From Heptranchias perlo (taxonomy: Eukaryota): a DNA stretch of 64,000 bases. A model generated the notes under the pieces. The model searched no databases. It was not told the origin of the DNA and saw nothing but the letters and a program-made list of their open reading frames with translations. Position 1 is the stretch's first letter, and every line of letters starts with the position of its first letter. The stretch is taken from NCBI RefSeq assembly GCF_035084215.1, contig NW_027139217.1, forward strand, positions 124,001 through 188,000. The letters run 5' to 3'. Below are positions 1-11,887 of this stretch, piece by piece. A program made the translations under genes and the position numbers.

Positions 1-160
1 TCGAGTTAAACCCTGGAGACATGAGCCCTGTCACTCTGAGTACTGATCGAGTTAAACCCTGGAGACATGAGCCCTGTCACTCTGAGAGTACTGATCGAGT
101 TACACCCTGGAGACATGAGCCCTGTCACTCTGAGTACTGATTGAGTTAAACCCTGGAGAC
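1..160. repeat. 46-bp tandem repeat (about 3.5 copies, cut by window edge)
   Basis: Unit TCGAGTTAAACCCTGGAGACATGAGCCCTGTCACTCTGAGTACTGA at 1 and 47 and following; a partial copy near 338-352. Confidence 0.9.
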
Positions 161-185
161 CCTGTAAACTGTAATGACCACACTT

Positions 186-277
186 GGTGCAGCCGAGATC
201 AGCACAGAGACTGAACTTGGAGTGTTGCTGGTCTGTTGAGCTCAGTCACACGCTGCATTGTGCACTTACCGACTGAA
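186..277 (-). mobile_element. Possible degenerate tRNA-derived SINE head
   Basis: Minus strand TCAGTCGGTAAGTGCAC...CAGACCAG...AAGTTCAGTCTCTGTGCTGATCTCGGCTG resembles A-box/B-box SINE heads; recognised from memory only and very degenerate. Confidence 0.3.
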
Positions 278-385
278 GGACTGTGTGAGCTCGCAGAACA
301 GGTACCCAGCAGACCTTTGGAGAAATTGCTCAGATGCCCTGTCACTCTGAGTCATTCTGTTTTTTGGTCAGCCGGGTGTCTGACC

Positions 386-3300
386 GAATTTATTTAATGA
401 TGTAGCTTCCACAGCTTCCTGGGGCAGCAAATTCCACAGACCTACTACCCTCTGAGTGAAGAAGTTTCTCCTTATCTCAGTTTTGAAAGAACAACCCCTT
501 GTTCTAAGATTATGCCCCTAGTTCTAGTTTCACCCATCCTTGGGAACATCCTTACCACATCCACCCGATCAAGCCCCTTCACAATCTTATATGTTTCAAT
601 AAGATCGCCTCTCAATCTTCTGAACTCCAATAAGTGGAGTCCCAATCTACTCAACCTCTCCTCATATGTCCGCCCCCTCATCCCAGGGATTAACCGAGTG
701 AACCTTCTTTGTACTGCCTCGAGAGCAAGTATGTCTTTTCTTAAGTATGGAGACCAAAACTGTATGCAGTATTCCAGGTGCGGTCTCACCAATACCTTAT
801 ATAACTGCAGCAATACCTCCCTGTTTCTTTATTCTATCCCCCAAGCAATAAAAGCCAACATTCCGTTGGCCTTCTTGATCACCTGCTGCACCTGCATACT
901 AACTTTTTGATTTTCTTGCACTAAGACCCCCAGATCCCTTTGTACTGCAGTACTTTCCAGTTTCTCGCCATTAAGATAATAACTTGCTCTCTGATTTTTC
1001 CTGCCAAAGTGCATAACCTCACATTTTCCAATATTGTATTGCATCTGCCAAATCTCCGCCCACTCACCCAGCCTGTCTATATCCCCCTGTAGGTTTTTTA
1101 TGTCCTCCTCACTCTCCACTTTCCCTCCCATCTTTGTATCATCTGCAAACTTTGATATGTTACACTCGGTCACCTCCTCCAAATCGTTAATATAGATTGT
1201 AAAGAGTTGGGGACCCAGCACCGACCCCTGCGGAACACCACTGGCTACTGGTTACCAGTCCGAGGATGAACCATTTATCCCAACTCTCTGCTTCCTGTTA
1301 GATAACCAATCCTCCACCCATGCCAGAATATTACCCCCAATCCAGTGATTCTTTATCTTGAGCAATAATCTTTTATGTGGCACCTTGTCAAATGCCTTCT
1401 GGAAGTCTAAATGCACTACGTCCACTGGTTCCCCTTTATCCACCCTGTACGTTATGTCCTCAAAGAACTCAAGCAAATTTGTCAGACATGACTTCCCCTT
1501 CGTAAAGCCATGCTGACTTTGTCCTATTAAATTATGTTTATCCAAATGTTCCACTACTGTCTCCTTAATAATAGATTCCAAAATGTTACCCACCACAGAT
1601 GTTCGGCTAACTGGTCTGTAATTTCCAGCCTTCTGCCCACTCCCATTTCAAATAAGGGTGTTACATTGGCAGTTTTCCAATCTGCCGGGACCTTTGCCGA
1701 GTCCAGAGAATTTTGGAAAATTATTACCAAAGCATCCACAATCCCTACTGCCACTTCCCTCAAGACCCTAGGATGTAAGCCATCAGGTCCAGGGGATTTA
1801 TCCGCCTTGAGTCCCATTATTTTACTGAGTACCAATTCCTTAGTGATTTTAATCGTATTTAGCTCCTCCCCCCCTAGTGCCCCCTGTTTGTCCAATGTTG
1901 GGATATTCTTAGTGTCCTCTACCGTAAAGACTGAAACAAAATATTTGTTCAGCATTTTTGCCATCTCCATGTTTCCCACCATTAATTTCCCGGTCTCATC
2001 CTCTAAGGGACCTATGTTTGCCTTTGCCACCCTTTTTCTTTTTATATAACTAAAGAAACTCTTGCTATCTGTTTTTATATTTTTTGCTAATTTATTTTCA
2101 TAATCTATCTTCCCTTTCTTAATCAATCCTTTAGTTACTTTTTGCTGTCTTTTGAAGACTTCCCAATCTTCTATCCTCCCACTAAGTTTGGCTACCTTAT
2201 ATGTCCTTGTTTTTAGTCGGATACTATCCTTAATTTCCTTACTTAGCCACGGATGGCTGTCATTTCTTTTACACCCTTTTTTCCTCAGTGGAATATATTC
2301 TTTTTGAAAGTTGTAAAATAACTCCTGAAATGAACACCACTGCTCGTGTACCGTCTTACCCTTTAATCTATTTTCCCAGTCCACTTTAATCAATTCCGCT
2401 CTCATACCATCACAGTCTCCTTTATTCAAGCTCAGTACGCTTGTTTGAGAACCAACCTTCTCACCATCTAATTGGATATGGAATGTAACCATGTTATGGT
2501 CACTCATTCCAAGGGGATCCTTAACTAGGACATTATTAATTAATCCTGGCTCATTACACAGGACCAGGTCCAAGGTTGCTTGCCCCCTTGTAGGATCAGT
2601 TACATACTGCTCAAGAAATCCATCCCTAATACACTCTTCCTCAAGGCTGCCCTGCCCAATTTGATTTGTCCAGTTAATATGATAGTTAAAATCCCCCATA
2701 ATTATAGCTGTTCCCTTATTACATGCCCCGACTATTTCCTGATTAATACTTCTTCCAGCAGAGTTGCAACTATTAGGAGGCCTATATACTACGCCCACGA
2801 GTGTTTTTTCCCCCTTATTATTCCTTATCTCTGCCCAAACTGTTTCATTATCCTGATCCTTTGTCCCAATATCATTTCTCTGTGTTACAGTGATTCATTC
2901 CTTTATTAACAGACCCACCCCACCTCCCCTTCCTTCCTGCCTGTCCTTCCTGATTGTTAAATACCCTGGCATATTTAATTCCCAGTCATTGTCACCCTGC
3001 AGCCATGTTTCTGTAATGGCCACAAGATCATACCCATACGTAGCTATTTGTGCCGTTAACTCGTCCATTTTGTTACGAATGCTACGTGCATTCAGATAAA
3101 GAACTTTCAAATATGTTTTGTGACACTTAGTTCCTGCTTTTTCCTTTTTTAACACTTTACCTTTTACTCCATACCTTCTGTCCCTTCCTGACACGCTTTC
3201 CTCTGTCTCCCTGCTCAGGTTCCCAACCCCCTGCCACAGCTTTGATGCTGGGTTAATCGCCTTACGCCTTCTAGTTTTTATTTTATCTGTCGTGCCTAAT

Positions 3301-3473
3301 GTACACTTTCTTTCCGCTGCTCTACGCTTTTCCCTCTCACTTGTACTTGAACAACTGTTTGTACTATCTGTATTGTAGATTTCCCCTGGGTCTTCCCCTC
3401 TCTTGCTGCTCTCAACTTTATTCCCTTCTGACTCCCCACTCAGGTTCCCGTCCCCCTGCCATTCTAGTTTAAA
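386..3473 (-). pseudogene. CR1 ORF2 (endonuclease-reverse transcriptase), disrupted
   Basis: ORF-track pieces 2895-3194, 1554-2798, 1252-1596, 829-1221 and 472-813 are consecutive parts of one EN-RT protein. Confidence 0.9.
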
Positions 3474-4414
3474 CCTTCCCCAACAGCACTAGCAAACACC
3501 CCCGCGAGGACATTGGTCCCGGTCCTGCTCGGGTGTAACCCGTCACGCTTGTACAGGTCCCACCTTCCCCAGAACTGGTCCCAATGTCCCAGGAATCGAA
3601 ATCACTCCCTCCTACACCATCCCTGCAGCCACGCATTCATCCTGTCTGTTCTCCTGTTCCTATACTCACTAGCACGTGGCACTGGTAGTAATCCTGAGAT
3701 CACTACCTTTGAAGTCCTGCTTTTTAATTTATCTCCTAACTCCTTAAATTCACCTTGCAGGACCTCATCCCTTTTTTTACCTATGTCGTTGGTACCAATA
3801 TGGACAACGACTACTGGCTGTTCACCCTCCCCCTCCAGAATGCCCTGCAGCCGCTCCGTGACATCCTTGACCCGAGCACCAGGGAGGCAACATACCATCC
3901 TGGAGTCACGTTTGCGGCCGCAGAAACACCTATCTGTTCCCCTTACAATTGAATCCCCTATCACTATAGCCCTGCCACTCTTCTTCCTCCCCTCCTGTGG
4001 AGCAGAGCCACCCGTGGTGCCCCGAACCTGGCTCTTGCTGCATTCCCCTGATAAACCATCTCCCCCAACAGTATCTAAAGCAGAATATCTGTTTGAGAGG
4101 GAGATGGCCCCAGGGGACTCCTGCTCTACCTGCCGAGTCCTTTTACTCTGCCTGGCGGTCACCCATTTCCTTTCTGCCTGTGTAATCTTTACCTGCGGTG
4201 TGACCACCTCACTGAACGTGCTATCCATGATAGTCTCAGCATCGCGGATGCTCCACAGTGAATCCACCCGCAGCTCCAGCTCCGAAATGCGGTTAGCCAG
4301 TAGCTGCAGCTGGACACACTTCCTGCACACATGGTCGCCAGGGACACTGGTAGTGTCCATGACTTCCCACATAGTGCAGGAGGAGCATATCACGGGTGCG
4401 AGCTGTGCTGCCAT
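3464..4414 (-). pseudogene. CR1 ORF1 (CxxC..CxxC zinc finger, coiled coil, SGNH esterase)
   Basis: ATG 4414; CSSC/CRKC, VIGDSIVRG, HIGTND; one premature TGA at 3602-3604; frame continues to EGLN-TAG at 3464-3466. Confidence 0.9.
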
Positions 4415-4982
4415 GACTTGCCTTAGACTCTCAGACTCTCCTCCCGCTCTCGGTCTCTCCTTTTATACTGTGCTCACCTCTCGGACTCTCCTGCTTCACT
4501 GGTGACGTCGCACAGTAGTTGTCTCTTTTTGCAGGTCTGCTGCTGCTTTTATTCCCCAATCTCAGTCTTCTACTCTCAGGCCCACTGCCGCTCTGGGGAA
4601 AAAGTTAGGAAAAGCAAGGCAAAGCAGCACCTCCTTCCCCCAACTCCCTCACGTATCAAACTCTCCGTTCACACTGTGTATCCGCACACCGTGCTGTTCG
4701 CACTGACAGGCCCCTGTATTTCTACAGTTTGTGACTCAGATGAGTCAGGCCTGCCCCACCCTCAGGTACCAGTTTAATCTAGCCAACCAATTAACTTGCT
4801 ACAGCAGCTCTCTCTGCTGAAGCCTGACAGAAACTTAAAAATTTAAACTTTAAAATTGAACTTAAACAGTTAATAGCAATTGAACTTAAAGAGTTGAAAG
4901 CAATATGCACTAGATTTTAAAGAGATTAACCCTTAAACTCCCACACGTACCAAACTCTCCATTCACACTGTGTTGTCCGCAC

Positions 4983-6128
4983 ATTCATTAATTGATAATA
5001 GATTCATCAATTGAGATCTGTTTCATTAATTGATATCAGTTTCATCAATTGATATCAGATTCATTAATTGATACCAGATTCATTAATTGATATCAGTTTC
5101 ATTAATTGATATCAGATTCATTAATTGATACCAAATTCATTAATTGAGATCAGTTTCATTAATTGATATCAGATTCATTAATTGATCTCAGATTCATTAA
5201 TTGATATCAGATTCATTAATTGATCTCAGATTCATTAATTGATACCAAATTCATTAATTGAGATCAGTTTCATTAATTGATACCAGATTCATTAATTGAT
5301 ATCAGATTCATTAATTGATACCAGATTCATTAATTGAGATCAGTTTCATTAATTGATACCAGATTCATTAATTGATATCAGTTTCATTAATTGATATCAG
5401 ATTCATTAATTGATACCAGATTCATTAATTGATATCAGTTTCATCAATTGATACCAGATTCATTAATTGATACCAGATTCATTAATTGATATCAGTTTCA
5501 TTAATTGATACCAGATTCATTAATTGAGATCAGTTTCATCAATTGATACCAGATTCATTAATTGATACCAGATTCATTAATTGATCTCAGATTCATTAAT
5601 TGATACCAGATTCATTAATTGAGATCAGTTTCATTAATTGATACCAGATTCATTAATTGATCTCAGATTCATTAATTGATACCAGATTCATTAATTGAGA
5701 TCAGTTTCATTAATTGATACCAGATTCATTAATTGATACCAGATTCATTAATTGAGATCAGTTTCATTAATTGATCTCAGATTCATTAATTGATACCAGA
5801 TTCATTAATTGAGATCAGTTTAATTAATTGATACCAGATTCATTAATTGATACCAGATTCATTAATTGAGATCAGTTTCATCAATTGATATCAGATTCAT
5901 TAATTGATACCAGATTCATTAATTGATATCAGTTTCATTAATTGATATCAGATTCATTAATTGATCTCAGATTCATTAATTGATACCAGATTCATTAATT
6001 GATATCAGTTTCATTAATTGATACCAGATTCATTAATTGATACCAGATTCATTAATTGAGATCAGTTTCATTAATTGATACCAGATTCATTAATTGATCA
6101 GATTCATTAATTGATACCAGATTCATTA
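4983..6128. repeat. AT-rich 19-bp minisatellite (TTCATTAATTGATACCAGA and variants), about 60 copies
   Basis: Visible periodicity; variants GATACCAGA, GATATCAGT, GAGATCAGT, GATCTCAGA. Confidence 0.95.
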
Positions 6129-7149
6129 AGGGGACAGGACTCCTTTTCCCAGCCTCTCTCCTGAAGTTTTTTCCCAGTGGAGAGGGGCAGGTGACCAAAG
6201 TAACGGGATTTGGTGAATTGTCTGTCGCGCTCCTTGGTGACCTGGTGTTAGAATTGGGCGCACTCACCGCCCGGTCCGATTCTCACTCAGGGAATTAACT
6301 TTACAAAACTGTCGTCAACCTATTTAATGAATGACATGAAACTAATTAAAGTCTATGAAAAGATGAACCATTTTTGGAATCCCCATGAATCAACCTGTAA
6401 CTTTGTGTTGCGGACTGAAGGAAACGCTGACCTGGTTACCGAGTGAGGGGAAAATGTAAGAATGTTTGTGTTTTGTTTGTGAGACACTTTCCCGACTGTA
6501 TTTAGGAGTCGGGTTAAAAATGCTGAGTCTTTCTGACCCCAGGGATGTGTTAAATGAAGAGGAACAGCCGATTGCCGCCCGCTTTCCAGAGGAGAAGGAA
6601 CTCTCCCCGGAGCAAGTTGCAACATAATGAAAGATTTGCACCCGAATCAAATCAAGGAGCTTTGAGGAGTGAGGCCAGAGTGAGAATCGTTCGAGTCCGG
6701 AAAGCTCAGCATCTTCAGTGTTTGTAGAAATGGTCAGTGTTTCTCAGCCCAGGAATCTGGGGCAACCTTTGTTCAATTGAACAGGAGCGGGGCTTTGGAT
6801 CAAACAAGAGTTTAGCAGCAAACAGTGTTCTTACTGGGAGTGGTGGGACTGAGAAATCCTTAAACAGCGGCAACCCTGGAAAGCAGAGCTCCAAATCTCG
6901 GCTTCAATAAAGTGCTGAACTGAGAGAGCGGAGGGCAGATGGGCATTGGATTCAATCCCAACTCACTGGATCGAAACAAGGCAGTGAGTGTGGGCGGAGT
7001 GGGATTCCGGGACCTGTGTCTGAGCTGCACCTCGATCCGTCCCGTTCAGTAAAGAGAGAGCGGCAGACGGCTCCCAGACACGGCCCAGACCGGGAGCGGG
7101 AGCGGGAGCGGCTGCATTGGAGAGCGGGGATCCTGCGCTGGGGTTGCGG

Positions 7150-7383
7150 CTGGCTGGCTGTCTGAGTCTGTGTCTGGCTGGTCTGTCTCTGTCTGGTCTC
7201 TCTGTCTGTCTGTCTGAGTCTGGCTGTCTGAGTCTGTGTCTGTCTCTGTCTGTCTGTGTCTGTGTCTGTCTGGTCTCTCTCTCTGTCTGTCTGTCTGAGT
7301 CTGTGTCTGTCTGTCTGAGTCTGTCTGTCTGTCTGAGTCTGAGTCTGTCTGTATCTGTCTGGTCTCTCTGTCTGTCTGTCTGC
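7150..7383. repeat. Compound (TCTG)n / (TCTGAG)n microsatellite
   Basis: Direct reading. Confidence 0.9.
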
Positions 7384-7399
7384 TCCAGCTTCCCCCCCC

Positions 7400-10300
7400 A
7401 CCCCCCCCGGGGAGACCCGGCCAATGCCCAAGTGATGATCGCCCTGGTGGAGCGACAACTCGCTGACGAGCTTTGGTCAGATCTCCGACGTTCCCCAGGC
7501 TGTGTAACCCTGGGCGACCCCCGAGTCCGAAGAACGGGATCGAATTTCCAGCCGATAATAAAATCAACCAGGGAGCGGAGGGAGGATAAAGCAAGAGGCC
7601 GGAGGGAGGAGGAGCCCAGAGCTTTAGGAGGGGACCAGACCCTATTCCCTCTGCTTCTCCACCCCCAGTGATGGAGCCAGGGCCTGGGACAGAGGGAAGA
7701 TCCTCCGGGCTGCCTCCCAGGAGAGCACGGGCTCAATTTCGAGGGACTCAATGTGGATCTTTCAGACTTCCAACAGGAGCAGATAAATGATGCAGTCCTC
7801 CAAATCATAAAACAAGAGGTAGTAGTGAGAAGTGGGCACCCCACTGAGGGTAAAACAAAAGGTGCGGGGCCTTATTATCCGGTAAAGAATGACCTTCTAT
7901 ACTGGGAGAGTGCGGGGCAGCAGCAGCAAGTTGACCAGTTGCTGGTGCCACGGACACAGAGGCAGATAGTCCTTGACTTGGCCACAAGCAACTATTCAGA
8001 GCTCACCTGGGGACAGAGCAAACTCGGGAGGGGCTGTTGAGGTGGGTCTTGTGGCCAGGGGTGGATGAAGTGATCCGGGGGTTCTGTCCCTCCTGTCCAC
8101 AGTGTCAGCTGTGTGGGCCCAGGCCTCACTATCACGCTCCATTAATCCCTCTCCCCGGAATTGAGGGGCCTTTCGAAAGGATCGGGATGGACCAGTGGGC
8201 CCGCTGGAGGGGTCAGCGCGAGGTCACCAATATATGTTGGGAGTTGTTGCCTGTTCCAGGCCCGATCCTGAGGCGATTCCACCGAGGATCACGGCCCCTA
8301 AAACCATAGCGGGCGGGTCAGTGAGAGCGTTCCCCGGGGTAGGGATCCCAAAGGACCAGGGACTCGCTCTGTGTCCACACTGATGAAGGGCCTCTGTCCC
8401 CTCCTCCATATTAAAAGTCTGAGGCCCTCCGTGGATCAACCCTCAAACCGAGGGCCGTGTGGAGAGGGTCAGTGGGACCCGCGAGTATGTTCAAAAAGGC
8501 CCGGCATAAAGATGGGTCAAATCGGGATCCTTCACTGCCCCGTCTCAGGCCTGCAGTCGGGGACGGGCCTCGGTCAGGGAGGGAGGGGCCTCGGTCAGGG
8601 AGGGAGGGGCCTCGGTCGGGGAGGGAGGGGCCTCGTTCGGGAGGGGCCTCGGTCGGGGAGGGAGGGGCCTCGGTCGGGGAGGGAGGGGCCTCGGGCGGGG
8701 AGGGAGGGGCCTCGGTCGGGGAGGGAGGGGCCTCGGTCGGGGAGGGAGGGGCCTCGGTCGGGGAGGGAGGGGCCTCGGTCGGGGAGGGAGGGGCCTCGGT
8801 CGGGGAGGGAGGGGCCTCGGGCGGGGAGGGAGGGGCCTCGGTCCTCCAATAATATTATTGAGCACAGAGTGAAGATGGGGCGCGGATTGAGGCGGTTCCC
8901 CCCATAGTGAGGGCTCATTTAGAGAGGGTGCAGGAAGAGCAGAGAGCCCAGTGTAAGAGAGGCTGCAGTCAGGAGGTTCCGACCAGGAGACCGAGTTACG
9001 GTCCTCGTTCCCACACCTGAAACAAGCTCTTTGCAGGGTGGCAGGGACTTTAGGAGGTTCTAGAGGCTGTGGGCCCAGTGAACTATAAGGTCAGGCAACC
9101 TCAGAGAAGGAAGCCTGACCAGAAAGACCATGTGCCCCTCCTGAAGCCATGGAGAGAGAGAGGCCCTCGCAGTGATGGAGAAAGCACTAGGGGGGCCCTG
9201 GCTCCAAGGTACAAAGCCCAGTTCACCTCTCCAGTGAGCTGCCTGAGGATCAGTGCAGGCAGGCTCAGCACCTGGGAGATGGAACCTGCAATGTATTCAC
9301 ATCTGGGCCTGGGAGGACGGGGGCCATCTGCTCTCACCTGGTGACACCACCAGGAGTGACAATAAAGGTCAGACCGGACCGAATCCCAGAAGCCAAACGG
9401 AGGGAGGTTCGCCAGGAGATTCCGAGGGTGTTGATCTTCGGGGTGATTGAAGAATCACGGTGAACGGAGCAGCCCCATTGTGTTGGTTCTGAATCCCGAT
9501 GGGAATTGGCGATTCTGAAATGACTTTCGGAAACTGAATGAGGATTGAAATCCGATGCTTTCCCGATGCCCCGGGGGGATGAGTTGATTGAGAGATTGGC
9601 GAAGGCCCCTTTGATCTTACCCCCTTCGATCTGACCAAGGGGTGCTGGCAGATCCCTTTAACAGAGGCTGCAAAAGGAAACCCGTGTTTCGGGGTTCCCG
9701 AGGGGCTCTCCCATTCACCGTCATGGCATTTGGATTCCATGGGGGCCCAGTCACCTTCCAAAGGCTCATGGACCAAGTGTTGGGACCCCCATACCCGGGG
9801 TGCAGCCTCATATCTGGATGATGCCATTATTTATAGTACAGACTGGTGATCCCATTTACCTGGAGTAGAGGCTGGATTACACAGCCTAAGAAAGATTGGG
9901 CTCACGGCAAACCCGGCCAAGGGCCACCTGGTGTTGTCGGAGGCCGACTACCGAGGGTGGGCTGTAGGAGGAGGGGTGGTGAAGTCTCAGGTAAATAGAG
10001 TTGAACCTATAAAAGCCTGGCCCCGACCGAGGAATAAGCAAGTCGGGACTTTCTTGGGCATCGTTGGTTACTCCTGCCGCTTTATTCCTGCCTTTCTCCC
10101 CGAGCCGCGCCCCCCACTTACCGAGCGGAGTAAAGCAGAGGCACTGAACCTTGTACGGTGGGACCCTGAGGCGGAGACTGCTTTCAGGGACCTGAACTAA
10201 ACACTGTGAATGATCTGAGCTCATGGTCCCAGACTTTAGTCCAAAATTTGTCTTGCAAACCGCTGCCTCCGAGGTGGGTTTGGGGGCCGTCCTCTCTCAA

Positions 10301-10760
10301 ATGGTGAAGGGGGAGGAAATCCTGTGCTCGACCTGAACAGAAAGCTGTTGCCCAGGGGGCAGCGACACGCTACGGCAGAGAAGGAGTGCCCACCAATTAA
10401 ATGGGCGGTAGAAACCCTTAAAACACCACCTGTTGGGGTACCAGCTTCTCCTCGTGACCAATCACGTGCCCCTCAAATGGATGTGGTCCAACAGTGAGAA
10501 AAATGCCCGGGTTACCCGGTGGATTTCGTCACTCCAGCCCGATTGTTTCGGGGTGGAACACCGGGCGGGAGTGGCACACGGTAACTCCGATGCCCTCTCC
10601 CGGGGGTATTGCCTCGCGGAGCGAGCAGCTGGAGCCGAGGGGTCTATGATGGGGGGGAGGATGTGTAAGGGAGGGCCCTGATCCCCAAATAAGGGTGTGG
10701 CCCTTTTAAGGAGACCTCCCCATTAAGAGGAAGGGTGTGGTCCTTTTAATGGGAACACCA
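7400..10760 (+). mobile_element. Degenerate Ty3/Gypsy LTR retrotransposon of the Gmr1-like type (integrase upstream of RT-RNase H)
   Basis: Integrase zinc finger (QLLVP..WPG..FCPSCPQCQ) and core start (PLP..PFERIGMD) at 7930-8500; GPVNYKV..HVPLLKPW at ~9070-9150; RT (DFRKLN, DLTKG.WQIPL, TFQRLMD, YLDD at 9811); RNase H (ASEVGLGAVLSQ, EKEC..IKWAVE, TNH.PL.W, DALSR) to ~10605; polypurine tract 10651-10661 followed by TGT. Confidence 0.85.
8566..8843. repeat. 21-bp G-rich minisatellite (GGGGCCTCGGTCGGGGAGGGA), about 13 copies, inside the Gypsy integrase
   Basis: Direct reading; source of the REGPRSG and PRPLPPR ORF artefacts. Confidence 0.92.
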
Positions 10761-10769
10761 CCACCCGCA

Positions 10770-11005
10770 CGTTCCCCTCCAAATCACACACCATCCCGAC
10801 TTGGAAATATATCGCCGTTCCTTCATCGTCACTGGGTCAAAATCCTGGAACTCCCTCCCTAACAGCACTGTGGGAGAACCTTCACCACACGGACTGCAGT
10901 GGTTCAAGAAGGCGGCTCACCACCACCGTCTCAAGGGGCAATTAACGATGGGCAATAAATGCCGGCCTCGCCAGCGATGCCCACATCCCATGAATGAATT
11001 TTTTT
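10770..11005 (+). mobile_element. 3' end of a non-LTR retroelement (LINE/SINE tail)
   Basis: GSKSWNSLP..FKKAAHHH coding remnant, AATAAA, GCCCACATCCCATGAATGAA terminus; family not determined. Confidence 0.55.
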
Positions 11006-11019
11006 TAAAAGCACGGAAG

Positions 11020-11285
11020 ACCATTTGACCCTTCTGCCTCTGGAAACAGTTTCTCTTTATTTACTCTCTCAAAACCCTTCATGATTTTGAACACCTCTAT
11101 TAAATCTCCCCTTAACCTTCTCTGCTCGAAGGAGAACAATCCCAGCTTCTCCAGTCTCTCCACATAATTGAAGTCCCTCATCCCTGGAACCATTCCAGTA
11201 AATCTCCTCTGCACCCTCTCTGAGGCCTTCACATCCTTCCTAAAGTGCGGTGCCCAGAATTGGACACAATACTCCAGCTGAGGTT
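11020..11285 (-). mobile_element. CR1 ORF2 C-terminal fragment
   Basis: PQLEYCVQFWAPHFRKD..RRLRGDLIEVFK. Confidence 0.88.
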
Positions 11286-11299
11286 TTATAAAGGTTTTG

Positions 11300-11667
11300 G
11301 TTGAGGGGTTTATAATGTTCACAGGATTCGATAGGGTGAGACGGAGAAACTATTTCCTCTGGTGGGGGAGTCAAGAACGAGGGGACATCATCTTAAAATT
11401 AGAGTGAGGTCATTTAGGAGGGAAATCAGGAATCCCATTTTCACACAAAGGGAAGTGGAAATCTGGAACTCTCTCCCCAAAAGGCTGTGGATGTCGGGAC
11501 AATTGGAGCTTTTAAGACTGCGATTGATCAGAGTTTTGTTGGGTAACGGGATCAAGGGACACGGAGCAAAGCGGGAAAATGGAGATGAGGTACAGATCAG
11601 CCATGATCTGATTGAATGGAGGAGCAGGCTCGAGGGGCTGAATGGCCTCCTCCTGTTCCTATGTTCT
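11300..11667 (+). mobile_element. CR1 3' end fragment with tail, abutting the MHC promoter
   Basis: KLFPLVGESRTRGH..FTQR..WNSLP, then 3'UTR GAGGGGCTGAATGGCCTCCTCCTGTTCCTATGTTC. Confidence 0.88.
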
Positions 11668-11694
11668 TCTCTCTGTCACTTTCTGCAACAAACT

Positions 11695-11887
11695 ACTTTC
11701 AGTTCCTTGTTTATTGATCAAATCCTGTTCAGTTCATTCTCCCTGGCAACTGAACATGTACCGAGCAGTATTTCTCTGATTGGACGGTTCAGGATATTTG
11801 GACAGTTTATTTTTACACCGACACAAACTCTCTGGGACTACTCTGGCCGGAGTTTGCTGATTCACAGGCTGCTTTCATTCTGATTGG
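11695..11887 (+). promoter_or_regulatory. MHC promoter module: ISRE-like 11695-11706, X1 box 11742-11755, Y box 11776-11783, second inverted CCAAT 11880-11887
   Basis: ACTTTCAGTTCC (IRF-type); CCTGGCAACTGAAC resembles RFX X1 CCTAGCAACAGATG; CTGATTGG lies 20 bp downstream, the canonical X-Y spacing; possible S box AATCCTG at 11721-11727. Confidence 0.75.

Larger units (their letters stand above)
386..4982 (-). mobile_element. Near full-length, inactivated CR1-clade LINE (5'UTR, ORF1, ORF2; 3' tail missing)
   Basis: ORF1 zinc finger plus SGNH esterase; ORF2 APE endonuclease (YLNARS, ITETW, YRPP, GDFN, SDH) and RT (KSPGPDG, DFQKAFDKVPH, FADD, EYCIQFWSP) broken by stops and frameshifts. The 5' boundary is approximate. 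Confidence 0.93.

Noticed and set aside
3513-4505. 330-aa plus-strand ORF and similar antisense ORFs over CR1 copies
   Set aside because: Shadow frames opposite CR1 coding sequence with no independent motifs.
6129-7140. Possible 5' LTR, gag or host exon
   Set aside because: No similarity seen to the sequence after the PPT (10662 onward), no recognisable protein motif or primer-binding site; left unannotated.
11020-11667. Twin-priming inversion of a single CR1
   Set aside because: The two opposite fragments overlap in CR1 coordinates (the KLFP region) and differ in sequence, so they are separate insertions.
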